Notes under the pieces: model-generated
Databases searched by the model: none
Seen by the model: only the letters and a program-made list of their open reading frames with translations
What the model was told of the DNA's origin: nothing
Part shown: one piece after another, positions 48,068 to 61,359 of the stretch
Layout of the letters: each line of letters opens with the position of its first letter
How positions within the stretch are numbered: the stretch's first letter is position 1
Source of the DNA: Macrostomum hystrix
Taxonomy: Eukaryota > Animalia > Platyhelminthes
Reading direction: 5' to 3'
Assembly: GCA_950097015.1 (NCBI GenBank)
Contig: CATNEN010000003.1
Span: 11,408,001 to 11,472,000 of the forward strand
Length of the DNA stretch: 64,000 bases
Translations under genes and position numbers: made by a program

Positions 48068-48400
48068 GACAGAGAGAAAAAGGGAAGTGGATGAAAAAGA
48101 GGGAGGGAAAGAGATGAGAAATAGGGTGAGAAAGAGAGTGAGAAAGAGGGAGAGAAAGTGGTTAGAAAGGGGTGAGAAAGAGAGAGAACGAGGGTGAGAA
48201 AGAGGGCGAGAAAGGGGTGAGAAAATGGGAGAGAAAAGGGGGAGAAGGAGAGGAGAAAGATCTGAGAAAATTGGTGAGACAGAGGGTGAGAAAGATAATG
48301 AGAAAGAGGGATAGGAAGAGATTGATAATTAGGGTGAGAAAGAGGGTGAGAAAGAGGGTGAGAAAGAGGGTGAGAAAGATGGAGAGAAAGAGGGTGAGAA
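48068..48400. repeat. Purine-rich 12-bp repeat (AGAGGGTGAGAA)n
   Basis: Seen directly in the sequence. Confidence 0.85.
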
Positions 48401-49089
48401 AGTATTTAATGTAAAACATTAGAGTATGTTAAACAAGGGAGAGAGAGAAAAGGGTTAGAACAAAGTAATAATATTTTTTCTGCGCTTCAAACGGTAACAG
48501 CACAAAAATCGGCCCCTAGTTTCACAGAAAAAAATTGTCGAAACCGGAAACGAGTGACGGATTATAGATTATAACACTTATTCCAATATCCCGCCAAGGG
48601 AATAGTAAAATGTAGAGCACAGGATTCGAACAGATTTTCATCCTTCCCTCTCCCCAAAAAATCCCAAACCCACCCAAAACTCCTCAGGCGGTCAAACGTA
48701 AATCAATAATCGGGCAACAGCAGAGAGAGAATAAATATCGATAATGTCAGAATTACTCATTTCTATTGCAGTTTTTTTCTTTCGTAAGAAAAATGACTGG
48801 ATGGAAAGGGAGAGTGAGGGAGTGAAAGGGAGAATGAAAAGCATTCTCACCGAAAATTGACTTTGATTGCCACAGCGCGGGCTAGTTTATGTACTCGAAT
48901 TATTAGCTGGTCGTTGATGGATTAGTTGATTTCCATTTCCCACAGTCGAAAATTTGCTATTTTTGGTTAGAAATCTGCCGAGTGCAACACTTACCAGCGT
49001 GTCTTTTAGATTTTTAGTGGCTGCTCGATTTCTCTCGATTGCTAGTTGCACTTCATCATATTGATTATTTAGTATCTGCTCTCCTTTCA

Positions 49090-50470
49090 ACCTCTCCGCG
49101 TTCTCTCCCTTTTTCTCACGGTTTTCTCACCTCTTTCACACAATTTTCTCTCCCTCATTCTCACCATCCTTCTCTCCCTCATTCTCACCATCTTTCTCAC
49201 CCTCTTTCTCAACCTCTTTCTCACCCTCTTTCTCACCCTCTTTTTCTCCCTCTTTCTCGCCCTCTTTCTCAACCTCTTTCTCACCCTCTTTCTCACCCTC
49301 TTTCTCACCCTTTTCTCACTCTCTTTCTCACCCTCTTTCTCAACCTCTTTCTCACCCTCTTTCTCACCCTCTTTCTCACCCTTTTCTCACTCTCTTTCTT
49401 ACCTTCTTTCTCACCCTCTTTTTCTCCCTCTTTCTCACCCTCTTTCTCACCCTTTTCTCACTCTCTTTCTTACCCTCTTTCTCACCCTCTTTCTCACCCT
49501 TTTCTCACCCTTTTCTCACCCTCTTTCTCACCCTCTTTCTCACCCTTTTCTCACCCTCTTTATCACCCTCTTTCTCACCCTCTTTATCACACTGTTTCTC
49601 AACCTCTTTCACACCCTTTTCTCACCCTCTTTATCACCCTCTTTCTCACCCTCTTTCTCACCCTCTTTATCACCCTCTTTCTCACTCTCTTTATCACCCT
49701 GTTTCTCACCCTCTTTCTCACCATTTTCGCACCCTCTTTCTCACCCTCTTTCTCACCCTCTTTCTCACCCTCTTTCTCACCCTTTTCTCACTCTCTTTCT
49801 CACCCTTTTCTCACCCTCTTTCTCACCCTTTTCTCACCCTCTTTATCACCCTCTTTATCACCCTCTTTCTCACTCTCTTTATCACCCTGTTTCTCACCCT
49901 CTTTCTCACCCTTTTCTCACCCTCTTTCTCACCCTCTTTCTCACCCTCTTTCTCACCCTCTTTCTCACCCTTTTCTCACTCTCTTTCTCACCCTTTTCTC
50001 ACCCTCTTTCTCACCCTTTTCTCACCCTTTTCTCACCCTCTTTCTCACCCTCTTTCTCACCCTCTTTCTCACCCTTTTCTCACCCTCTCTATCACCCTCT
50101 TTCTCACCCTCTTTATCACCCTCTTTCTCACCCTCTTTATCACCCTGTTTCTCAACCTCTTTCTCACCCTTTTCTCACCCTCTTTATCACCCTGTTTCTC
50201 ACCCTTTTCTCACCCTCTTTATCACCCTCTTTCTCACCCTCTTTATCACCCTGTTTCTCAACCTCTTTCTCACCCTCTTTATCACACGGTTTCTCACCCT
50301 CTTTCTCACCCTTTTCTCACCCTCTTTTTCACCCTTTTCTTACCCTCTTCATCACCCTCTTTCTTACCCTCTTTCTCACCCTCTTTATCACCCTCTTTCT
50401 GACTCTTTTTCTTTCCCTCTTTCTCACCCTTATTCTCACTCTTTCTCCCTCCCTCTTTCCCTCCCTTCTT
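49090..50470. repeat. Pyrimidine-rich 12-bp repeat (TTCTCACCCTCT)n
   Basis: Reverse complement of the unit at 48068..48400. Confidence 0.93.
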
Positions 50471-51139
50471 TTCCAGTTGTAGTATTGGAAGCAATATTTC
50501 TAACTGTTCCAAGCGATTCGGTGTTTATTATGCAGCGAGTAAAAAATCATCATCACGTCCCCGGGAACTGTCCAATTCATTGCACTATAGAATAGCGGCC
50601 CAGTATAGGTTGCACACATTATTTTCTGGTGCACTTTTACTGCCGCAAAGCAGATCATCAGCGCCAAGAGAGAGGCGAGGCGAGGCGCAGACGTTTCAAA
50701 TTGTTGCTGGCCTTGGAAATAGCGGGAAGTGACGCAGAGTCAGTAAGTAGGAAGAGGGAGGTTGAGGGTAACCGAGCCCTGGGCACAGAACTTTCGACCC
50801 CACAGAATCCCATAAAAGCTCTTCCCAATGCGACTTCCGTTACGATCTTACGGAATAGCACGCCCTGTGTCTTTGCTTTGCATTTCTGCTTTACTTTTAC
50901 GTTTTTTTCTGGGAAATCTTTCCTATTTTATTTTTCCTCGACAGCTATTATTTCGTGCTGTCAAAGTTTCCTTAGATTAGCTTTCGTGCTAAAATCACAG
51001 TAGGACTTTAGAATTTTGTTGGAGACTAAAGATCGTTTGCCTTTAGTAGTGCTTTGGCACCTTTGGGTGTCAAAAAAGTGCAAACTGTGTAAACAAAGTC
51101 ATGTGACGTCAAACTTGAAAGAGATATGTATTTGGTAAA

Positions 51140-52410
51140 TTCTAACAGGCTGATGACTCTGTTTAACAGGTTGATGATTCTGTCTAACAGGTTGATGACT
51201 CTGTCTAACAGGTTGATGACTCTGTCTAACAGGTTGATGACTCTGTCTAACAGGTTGATGACTCTGTCTATCAGGTTGATGACTCTGTCTAACAGCTTGA
51301 TGACTCTGTCTAACAGGTTGATGATTCTGTCTAACAGGTTGATGACTCTGTCTAACAGGTTGATGACTCTGTTTAACAGGTTGATGATTCTGTCTAACAG
51401 GTTGATGACTCTGTCTAACAGGTTGATGACTCTGTCTAACAGGTTGATGATTCTGTCTAACAGGTTGATGACTCTGTCTATCAGGTTGATGACTCTGTCT
51501 AACAGCTTGATGACTCTGTCTAACAGGTTGATGATTCTGTCTAACAGGTTGATGACTCTGTCTAAAAGGTTGATGATTCTGTCTAACAGGTTGATGACTC
51601 TGTCTAACAGGTTGATGATTCTGTCTAACAGGTTGATGACTCTGTCTAACAGGTTGATGGTTCTGTCTAACATGTTGATTATTCTATCTAACAGGTTGAT
51701 GACTCTGTCTAACAGGTTGATGACTCTGTCTAACAGGTTGATGACTCTGTCTAACAGGTTGATGATTCTGTCTAACAGGTTGATGACTCTGTCTAACAGG
51801 TTGATGACTCTGTCTAGCAGGTTGATGACTCTGTCTAGCAGGTTGATGACTCTGTCTAGCAGGTTGATGACTCTGTCTAACAGGTTGATGACTCTGTCTA
51901 GCAGGTTGATGACTCTGTCTAACAGGTTGATGACTCTGTCTAACAGGTTGATGACTATGTCTAACAGGTTGATGACTCTGTCTAACAGGTTGATGATTCT
52001 ATCTAACAGGTTGATGACTCTGTCAAACAGGTTGATTATTCTATCTAACAGGTTGATTACTCTGTCAAACAGGTTGATTATTCTATCTAACAGGTTGATG
52101 ACTCTGTCTAACAGGTTGATGACTCTGTCTAACAGGTTGATGACTCTGTCTAACAGGTTGATGACTCTGTCTAACAGGTTGATGACTCTGTCTAACATGT
52201 TGATTATTCTATCTAACAGGTTGATGACTCTGTCTAACAGGTTGATGGTTCTGTCTTACAGGTTGATTATTCTATCTAACATGTTGATTATTCTCTCTAA
52301 CAGGTTGATGACTCTGTCTAACAGGTTGATGACTCTATCTAACATGTTGATTATTCTATCTAACAGGTTGATGACTGTCTAACAGGTTGATGGTTCTGTC
52401 TAACAGGTTG
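51140..52410. repeat. Minisatellite, 21-bp unit
   Basis: Repeats of TCTAACAGGTTGATGACTCTG. Confidence 0.95.
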
Positions 52411-52847
52411 AGCTAAAAAGACAGCTCGTGTTTTACTTATTTACAGACAATATCATATCACTTTGTAAAACTGACTCCTATCTATATTATTGGATATTTG
52501 TTTCGCTTCGATTTTTTCTGCAGTCGGCTTAAAGAGTCATAATTGTTACGACAGCCCGTCATTCAACCATTGTTAAACAGTTTTGGCAAGCCTTAGAAGA
52601 TCTGATGTTAGGTACCGACTGTTTTTCGAGAAAAGTCGACTGTTTTTCGACGCTCACCATTGTTTGACGAGACCCCACTGAAAATTGGGAACTGAATTGA
52701 GTGAGCGAAAAATATCGATTCAGTTAGCGACTAGCAAAAATGAAATATTGTATCGATTTTTTAACAGTAGGTCTTAAAGGCGACTTCGTTTTGTAAGGTC
52801 ATAAGTGAGGTTGTAAAGGAGTGAAGTATCTAACATGTACTTTAATT

Positions 52848-53345
52848 AGTGTCTAACAGCTGAGTTCATTCGTGTCTAACCGGCAAGTTTATTCGTGTCT
52901 AACAAGTGAGTTCATTCGTGTCTAACCGGCAAGTTTATTCGTGTCTAACAGGTGAGTTCATTCGTGTCTAACAAGTGAGTTCATTCGTGTCTAACCGGCA
53001 AGTTTATTCGTGTCTAACAGGTGATTTCATTCGTGTCTAACAGGTAAGCTCATTCGTGTCTAACAGGTAAGTTCATTCGTGTCTAACAGGTGAGTTCATT
53101 CGTGTCTAACAGATGAGTTCATTCGTGTCTAACAGGTGAGTTCATTCGTGTCTAACAGGTGAGCTCATTCGTGTCTAACAGGCAAGTTTATTCATGTCTA
53201 ACAGGTGAGTTCATTCGTGTCTAACAGGTGAGTTCATTCGAGTCTAACAGGTGAGTTCATTCGTGTCTAACAGGTAAGTTTATTCGTGTCTAACACGTGA
53301 TTTTATTCGTGTCTAACAGGTGAGTTCATTCGTGTCTAACAGGTG
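52848..53345. repeat. Minisatellite, 23-bp unit
   Basis: Repeats of TCTAACAGGTGAGTTCATTCGTG. Confidence 0.93.
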
Positions 53346-53678
53346 TCTGCTATTGTGAATTAGGTGAATCGTTTCGCATAAAAGTATGATCAAACAAAGT
53401 ACGATATAATTTCCCAAAAAATCCCATTTCTGCAAAACCGTTTGCTTCAAAAAGGACATTGCTATTTGTCCAATAGAAACACGTTCCTTACGGCCAATGG
53501 ACATGGTTCTGCGTAGTCACTGGGTCCTCGCCTCTCTGCCCCCTCTCTCGTTTTTGTCTAAACTTCCTATAAGCCTATAAAGTTTATTATCCCACCAGTG
53601 GCTCACTAAAATCTTTGCTTAAGATCCCATCGAAGCGATAATTGTAATTTGCTTTTCAACTACCTTCGAGAACTGACA

Positions 53679-56600
53679 ATGTCAATTAATAATACAACAG
53701 TAATTAATGAAAATACTAACAATAGTTGTCCATCGAAGATTCCGTTCACCGATTCCGAGCGACAATTTATCCTAGTAACCGACGTAGGATTATCGTCCGT
53801 GATTTTTACAATGGGCTTAGTGCTAAACGCTCTGTCCATACTGGTACTGCAACGAGACATCAGACGGTCATCAATGAGTGTTCTACTCATGGCCCTGTCT
53901 ATCTGTGAGGCTGCTGACTTTTATTATTTTATTTTGAATTTGAATGGTTTCCTAGAAAATTATAGTAGATCCCTGACGTGCTGACCCCTTCCACAAATCC
54001 AAGGTGGCGCTCACCCTTTCCCCAGATCAAAGGTGGCGCTCACCCTTTTCGAAAATCCATGGTGGCGCTCACCCTTTCCCCAGATCCAAGGTGGCGCTCA
54101 CCCTTTTCGAAAATCCATGGTGGCGCTCACCCTTTCTTTAGATCCAAGGTGGCGCCCACCCTTTTCGAAAATCCATGGTGGCGCTCACCCTTTCCCCAGA
54201 TCCAAGGTGGCGCTCACCCTTTTCAAAAACCCATGGTGGCGCTCACCCTTTCCCCAGATCCATAGTGGCGCTCACCCTTTCCCAAAATCGAAGGTAGCGC
54301 TCACCACTACCTAACAGGTAACACCCCTCCAAGTGACTACCACCCCAAATCCAAGGTGGCTGCCTCCTTCAAATCCAAGGTGACTGGCTCCCTCAAATCC
54401 AAGGTGGCTGCCTCCTTCAAATCCAAGGTGACTGCCTCCCTCAAATCCAAATTGACTGCCTCCCTCAAATCCAAGGTGACTGCCTCCCTCAAATCCAAGG
54501 TGACTGGCTCCCTCAAATCCCAGGTGACTGCCTCCCTCAAATCCAAAGTGACTGCCTCCCTCAAATCCAATGTGCCTGGCTCCCTCAAATCCCAGGTGAC
54601 TGCCTCCCTCAAATCCCAGGTGACTGCCTACCTCAAATCCAAATTGACTGCCTCCCTCAAATCCAATGTGACTGCCTCCCTCAAATCCAAGGTGACTGCA
54701 CCCTTACACCCCGTTCTATATGCATTCTCTTATTCCACAATCTCCTCAAGTTGCCAACTAACTCGATTAATCCTTTATTTAATTTCACTTCGCCAGTCGA
54801 GTAAAATCGTCCCAGTTGAAGTTGAAACTGTGGCTCGACTAAATTAATGATAAGAATGCGTTAAATCTAACCAGCCAATACTTCATCACGTTTGAAGAGG
54901 CGGTGCCGTTAAAGGGATTTCATATATTACATACTACATACCCGTCTATCACATACCACCCTCTGCATTCCTTACCCAATCTACACTTCAGTATTCGCCA
55001 GAATTCAGACGAAAACCGAAAGAAAACTGGAGAGAGACTGAGAGAGAGAGAGAAAGAGGAGAGGTGAAGGAAGAGAATGGAAGTGACTCAAGCTCAAGCT
55101 CAAGAGGTGTGAGAATCAAGATCGAGAACCTGCTCAACTTTCTACTGATAGATTGGAGTAAGGTGTGGCTTGAATAGTTGACGAATATAATAGTGTTAAA
55201 GATTTGGCAACGGATTCAGTTAGAGTAAGAATTAGGGTAGGGTATTAGACTAAGAGAGTTTAAAACTATATGGCTTACACCATGGGCTAATGGCGAGGTA
55301 GCAAAGGCAATCTTTGGTTCAGAAAAGGCGGCATGTTATGGGAGATTAATGGTAAATAGGAATAAATGGAGTGAGGGAGGAGTAGACGGTAGAGGTAGAG
55401 GAGGAGACAGGAAGGGAGAGAGAGGGAGACAGGAAGTGAGAGAGAGGGAGACAGGAAGTGAGAGAGAGGGAGACAGGAAGGGAGAGAGAGGGAGACAGGA
55501 AGTGAGAGAGGGGGAGACAGAAAGGGAGAGAGAGGGTGACAGGAGGGAGAGAGGAGGAGACAGGAAGTGAGAGGGAGACAGGAAGTGAGAGAGAGGGAGA
55601 CAGGAAGGGAGAGAGAGGGAGACAGGAAGTGAGAGAGGGGGAGACAGAAAGGGAGAGAGAGGGTGATAGGAGGGAGAGAGGAGGAGACAGGAAGTGAGAG
55701 GGAGACAGGAAGTGAGAGAGAGGGAGACAGGAAGGGAGAGAGAGGGAGACAGGAAGGGAGAGAGAGGGAGACAGGAAGTGAGAGAGGGGGAGACAGAAAG
55801 GGAGAGAGAGGGTGACAGGAGGGAGAGAGGAGGAGACAGGAAGGTGGAGTGGGAGACAGGAGGGAGAGAGATGGAGACAGTAAGGGAGAGAGAGGGTGAC
55901 AGGGAGGGAGGGAGTGGGGGAGACATAAGGTGTCCCGGGAAGCAATGAATGGGGAGCTGAAGTTTAAGTGAGAAGTTAGTTAATTTATTCAGTTGTCATA
56001 CTTAGCCAAGCGAAACTAATTATTATATTCATTAATAATAATGAACCAATCATTCATTACGCAGAAGATCATGCTTGATTAGTTGACCGGTTTATCTGCC
56101 CAACCCTTATGTTGCGAATCAAATTATCGATTAGATTATACTCAGCTCAGCAAACTTATTCTGGCGCGGCGGCCCTGAGTCTAGAGTTCGGATCTTTTTT
56201 AAGATTACTTTCTTATGGAAGCATACTTTCTTACAATACAGGTCATTATTTATAAGTTCTTATGCAGCTTCATGAAATCACTTTTTTTCTAAGAATTTTT
56301 GTAATTATCCCACCGCAAACTCAAACTTCCCTCAATTATCCTGATTATCGATCCTGATTATCCTGATATCGGTAATCCCACTTCGATATCAATAATCTCA
56401 CTTCGGTATCGATAATCCCACTTCGATATCGGTAATCCCACTTCGATATCGATAATCCCACTTCGATATCAATAATCCCACTTTGATATCAATAATCCCA
56501 CGTCGATATCAATAATCCAATTTTGATCTGGATAATCCCACTATGATCAGGATAATTCCAATTTATATCGATAATTCCAATTCTATATCAATAATCCCAC

Positions 56601-59600
56601 TTCGATGTCGGTAATCCCACGTCGATATCAATAATCCAACTTTGATCTGGATAATCCCACTATGATCAGGATAATTCCAATTTATATCGATAATCCCAAT
56701 TCGATCCTGATAATCCCACTTCGATATCAATAATCCCACTTCGATATCGGTAATCCCACGTCGATATCGATAATCCCACTTCGATATCAATAATCCCACT
56801 TTGATATCAATAATCCCACGTCGATATCAATAATCCAACTTTGATCTGGATAATCCCACTATGATCAGGATATTTCCAATTCTATATCGATAATCCCAAT
56901 TCGATCCTGATAATCCCACTTCGATATCGATAATCCCACTTCGATTTTGATAATCCTACAATGACTAAGATAATCCCACAATGACTCCGATAAATAAAAT
57001 AATCCAGTAATCCGACTTAGTTTTATCTGTCTCGCAAGGTCAAAAAATCCATCATTCTAATAGTATTTGACGTCGTATCTAATTTTAGTATACTCAACAC
57101 CCATCAGTGTGAGCAGTCGGTAAGCCAGTTTTAATTGTCTTCTAAATCAATAATTAATTTCAGGAATATAGCCTACCACAGTCACTATAGCCACAGCAAG
57201 AGCCAATTACGCATGAAGGGACAATTTAACATAATATTACTGCTCAATAAATAAATGCCTACATGCATACAGTTCCTCATACTAAATCCATCATTCAAAC
57301 CTCATTGTAAAATAGTTTTATGAAACGTCAGAGCAATGACCTGCGAGTAATTAAATATAATTGCTAGATTAATTAGATATTGCTTGATTCCTGAGCAAGT
57401 CCCTATGCTCACCTCGTGCGAGAGTTAAGCCATTAGGAGGTAGATAACTAATTAATATCACTAATTTAGTAGTAAATATACTGAGGTCACATTCGAAAGC
57501 TTTATAAATTTCATTACTGTAACAATATTCATATAAATCGGTTGTGGTCTAGTGTTTGAAGTGTCGGACTTAAAGGCCGTGAGTTCGATTCCCAATTCCA
57601 AAAAAATGGCGTTTTATTAGCAAGACACTTAACTCTGCCTTTTTTAAGGGGTACCAGCAGGGGGTGAGTGGCAGAGCGGTAAACGCGTTTGCCTCTCGCA
57701 CCAATGTCTCGGAGCTCGATTCCGCGGCGAGGCCACATTCGTTTGGGGCGCAGCCGCGGAGAGAAGGCTTGGGAGGCTTGTCGTTGCAATTTACACCCAG
57801 TAAGGGCCAATCTCCAAGGCACAGTGCAGTGAGAAAGTCAGGGCGATGAGAAAGTCAGGGCAGATGTACTCACCTGTGTGAGCGTATGCCTGCGTACAGT
57901 ATCTGTGTGCGTGTGTGCTCAGGATCGTCAGCGAAACTGGTGTCACCAAATGACGTGCTATTACCATGAGGCAATTCTGCCCATTCCGCTGACTCCTGAG
58001 CACACACGCGCACAGATACTGCGCAGTGACAGTGTCACTTTTTTATGCCATTAGGTGTTTCAGGAAAAATGGATAAAAGAAGTCCACATTTTTTGCAAAT
58101 TATATCTAAATATAAGGAGTAGGGAATATTATTTTTTTAGATTTCTGATCGTAGAAAAAAAAGACTTTTTTATGGATTCTATAGCCTGGCAATTAGCTCT
58201 CCCACCCAGGAGCAAGATAGAGCTATTTTCTCTCTACAGACTTATTTGGCTCTGGTTAACACTTTCTATCTGTCCTTAGTTTCTTTGTTTCCTCTGCAAT
58301 GTACTTACCTACCGTTCTCTCTCCCTTCCAACGTGTCTCCAAATATAACCCTCAATATCCTATTTCACAATCTACCTTTCTTTATCTCTCCCTCTCCCTC
58401 TCTCCCTCTCCCTCTCCCTCTCTTCCTCTCTCCCTCTCCCTCTCTCCCTCTCTCCCTCTCCCCCTCTCCCTCTCTCCCCCTCTCCCTCTCTCCCTCTCTC
58501 CCTCTACCTCTCTCCCTCAACCTCTTTCCCTCTAACCCTCTCCCTCTACCTCTCTCCCTCTACCTCTCTCCCTCTCCCATTCTACCTCTCTACCTCTCAC
58601 TCTCTCCCTTTCTCTCTCAACCTCTCTAACTCAACCTCTCTCCCTCTACCACTCTCCCTCTTCTATTCTACTCTCTCCCTCTACCTCTCTCCCTATCAAT
58701 CTTCCAATAACCCTCTTCCTCTCTCCCTTTGAATCCACTTATTTACCTAGCTTCAAACAGCCTCTCTCTCATTGTTATGCTATTTTGCATTGTCCCACTC
58801 TGACTTCTTCTGTCCTTCCGTATTTCTTTTCATTTTTTCCTATCTATCTCAGTTGGGGCAGTCTCGTTTCTTCGTATCTCATTCAAGAAGTAAATCTTAT
58901 CTGTTTTAACCACCTCAGTTTACACTTTTTCTAATTTCGCTTTTCACACTCTTCTCTCTCCTCTTCAGTGTGTATATTGATCTGCAAGTCCAACCCAAAA
59001 TAATTGTTGCTCCCATGGCCTACACATACTAGGGTGCGTTTCCACAAACTCTCTCTCCCCTCCCTTTCTCTCTCTCTCTCCGAAATCCCAATCTTTCCAG
59101 CTCTCAATGGGCAGCCGCGCGCAGTTTGTCAAATCTGACACTTGGCAAACAAATTTTCTTTATATTGACTGTGCAAGCATTACAACCTCATGTGTGCCTA
59201 AACAGTTCACTGCTTGCCACTATCGTACTATTGTAGTTTCGTTTGGTGGCAAAAAAACTACGAATGAAACAGTGTGATCTGGACTCCATAATCCTCAAGG
59301 CGACGTCACAACCATTTATTCTTGACATGACCCTAAGAACCTTCATGACCGATTAGGAACCTTCATGACCGATTAGGAACCTTCATGACCAATTAGAAAC
59401 CTTCATGACCGATCAGAAACCTTCATGACCGATTAGAAACCTTCATGACCGATTAGAAACCTTCATGACCGATTAGAAACCTTCATGACCGATTAGAAAC
59501 CTTCATGACCGATTAGGAACCTTCATGACCGATTAGGAACCTCCATGACCGATTAGAAACCTTCATGACCAAGTAGGAATATTCATGACCGGATAGGAAC

Positions 59601-61173
59601 CTTCATGACCGATTAGAAACCTTCATGACCGATTAGGAACCTCCATGACCGATTAGGAACCTTCATGACCAAGTAGGAATATTCATGACCGAATAAAATC
59701 CTTCATGACCGAATTAAAACATTTATGACTGATTAGAAAACTTTATGACCGATTATGAACCTTCATGACCAAATAGGACCCTCCATGACCGATTAGGAAC
59801 CTTCATGACCAAGTCGGAATATTCATGACCGAATAAAATCCTTCATGACCGAATTAAAACATTTATGACTGATTAGAAAACTTTATGACCGATTATGAAC
59901 CTTCATGACCAAATAGGACCCTTCATGACCGATTAGAAACCTTCATGACCGAATAATAACCTTCATGAGCGAATAGGAACCACCATGACGAACTAGGAAA
60001 AGTATTTTATGGGAGAACTGAAACACTATAGGAAATTAAGTGTCTTGCTTTAAAAAATAGTTTCTCTCGGTCTGAGAATCATCGAACTCCGGACCTTTTA
60101 ATTTATTAACGGATTAGATTATTAGAAAAGTGGATCAGTGTGCAATATAATCAAAAGTCGAACCAATCTCACCAAAATTAACACCCGCAGTCGACCTAAT
60201 CTTCATCCTACTATCGGCACCCTACTATGTAGTCTACATGGGTCTCGGCTCGGTTGTGAAAATGTCAGACGGTATCACTCTGCAGACTAAATTGCACGCC
60301 AGCTCTGGTGCTCAGCCACTGCTGCCGTTGCTATGGTATCTGGGCAGCGTGGCCCGAACCGGTCGGAACTGGATAATCCTACTAGTAGCTCTTGACCGCT
60401 ACATGGTGGTCCAGAATCCGTTCTATTCAACGCAGCGCAGCAACCCAAAGCGATCCAGATTCTATTGCATAGCGGTCACATGCACCGCCCTAGTTTATAA
60501 TACGCCGCTATTGTTTGAGTACAAATCAGAGCTGCATCAGTGTCTCAAACTGCCCGTTCTGCAACCTGAACCAAAGCGACTTGGCTTTGTCTACATGCTG
60601 CTTTACAAGAAGATTATGTACATCCTGTTTCTAACGGTTGGCCCGATGTTACTACTGACAGCGTTCAACATACTACTGATTCGCAGCTTACTAATAGCTT
60701 CAAAGATTCGAGCGGCCATAACTAGGGAGACAACAAGGCGAACAGAGGAGACAAAGATGCTAGTGGTTATCATAGCGGTCTTTGTGACCACTGAGATACC
60801 CGGAGCTATTTGGCACATCCTGTTAGACACCAGCTTCGACGACCAGACCTGGTTCAATTCCTATCTATATTCAATTGGATCATTGCTGACTTTATTCAAC
60901 TCGGCAATTAATTTCTTCATCTATTGCGTGTGGAGTAGGAATTTTCGTAGAAACATGATGTACGCCATGCGGCGACGGAAGAAGCCGCCACCGAGAGTCA
61001 TTCGGTTTGATTCCTCCGACTCGGACAGGACCAGACACCTGATGTTGCAGAGAGCTGCAGCAGCTGCTGCGATACCTCATCATCCGCATCAGCATCATCT
61101 GCAGCAGCTGCAGAAGCACCAGCAGCAGAGACACTTGGAGAAGCAACGACAGCACCAGCATCAGCATCAGCAT

Positions 61174-61216
<43 letters not shown>

Positions 61217-61359
61217 TAGTGCAACCTCCGATTCCATTGCAGTTAATTTCAATCGAAGCTGTTAAATCTAATTCGGCATCAAATTCTACCGTTTCGATTC
61301 ATAATCAAGTCGGCAATGGACACGGTCACCCAATAGCCAAGCACCTCAGATTTGTCTAG
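53679..61359 (+). CDS. Rhodopsin-family (class A) peptide GPCR, FMRFamide-receptor-like, 2 exons
   Basis: Exons 53679..53904 and 60191..61359; the phase-1 junction rebuilds TM2 LMALSIF-D-LIFI. N-terminal N-glycosylation sites, TM1 GLVLN, DRY, TM6 EIP, TM7 NSAINFFIY, polyQ/H tail. Confidence 0.88.
53985..54700. repeat. Two adjacent related minisatellites (~29-bp and 24-bp units) in the GPCR intron
   Basis: TCCAAGGTGGCGCTCACCCTTT... at 53985..54305 and AAATCCAAGGTGACTGCCTCCCTC at 54345..54700. Confidence 0.9.
55375..55925. repeat. GA-rich tandem repeat
   Basis: GAGACAGGAAGTGAGAGAGAGG-like units. Confidence 0.88.
56360..56995. repeat. Minisatellite, 20-bp unit
   Basis: Repeats of ATAATCCCACTTCGATATC(A/G). 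Confidence 0.9.
57540..57945 (+). mobile_element. SINE family A head joined directly to a SINE family B copy
   Basis: 57540..57660 GGTTGTGGTCTAGTG...GTTCGATTCCC...GGGTACCAGCA (family A), then 57660..57945 similar to 25487..25780. Confidence 0.75.
58385..58725. repeat. CT-rich simple repeat
   Basis: CTCTCCCT runs. Confidence 0.88.
59335..59995. repeat. Minisatellite, 20-bp unit
   Basis: Repeats of CTTCATGACCGATTAGAAAC. Confidence 0.93.

Noticed and set aside
49039-50595. 518-aa ORF
   Set aside because: Pyrimidine-rich 12-bp repeat lacking stops; low-complexity artefact.
50700-50850. ETS-like GGAAGT motifs and a GTAAGT donor as a GPCR promoter or first exon (similar CCGGAAGT near 63520)
   Set aside because: Short motifs alone are insufficient without transcript data.
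51026-52382. 390-418 aa heptad ORFs on both strands (LLDRVIN / SNRLMTL) resembling leucine zippers
   Set aside because: A 21-bp stop-free unit yields these automatically; no unique coding flanks or splice context.
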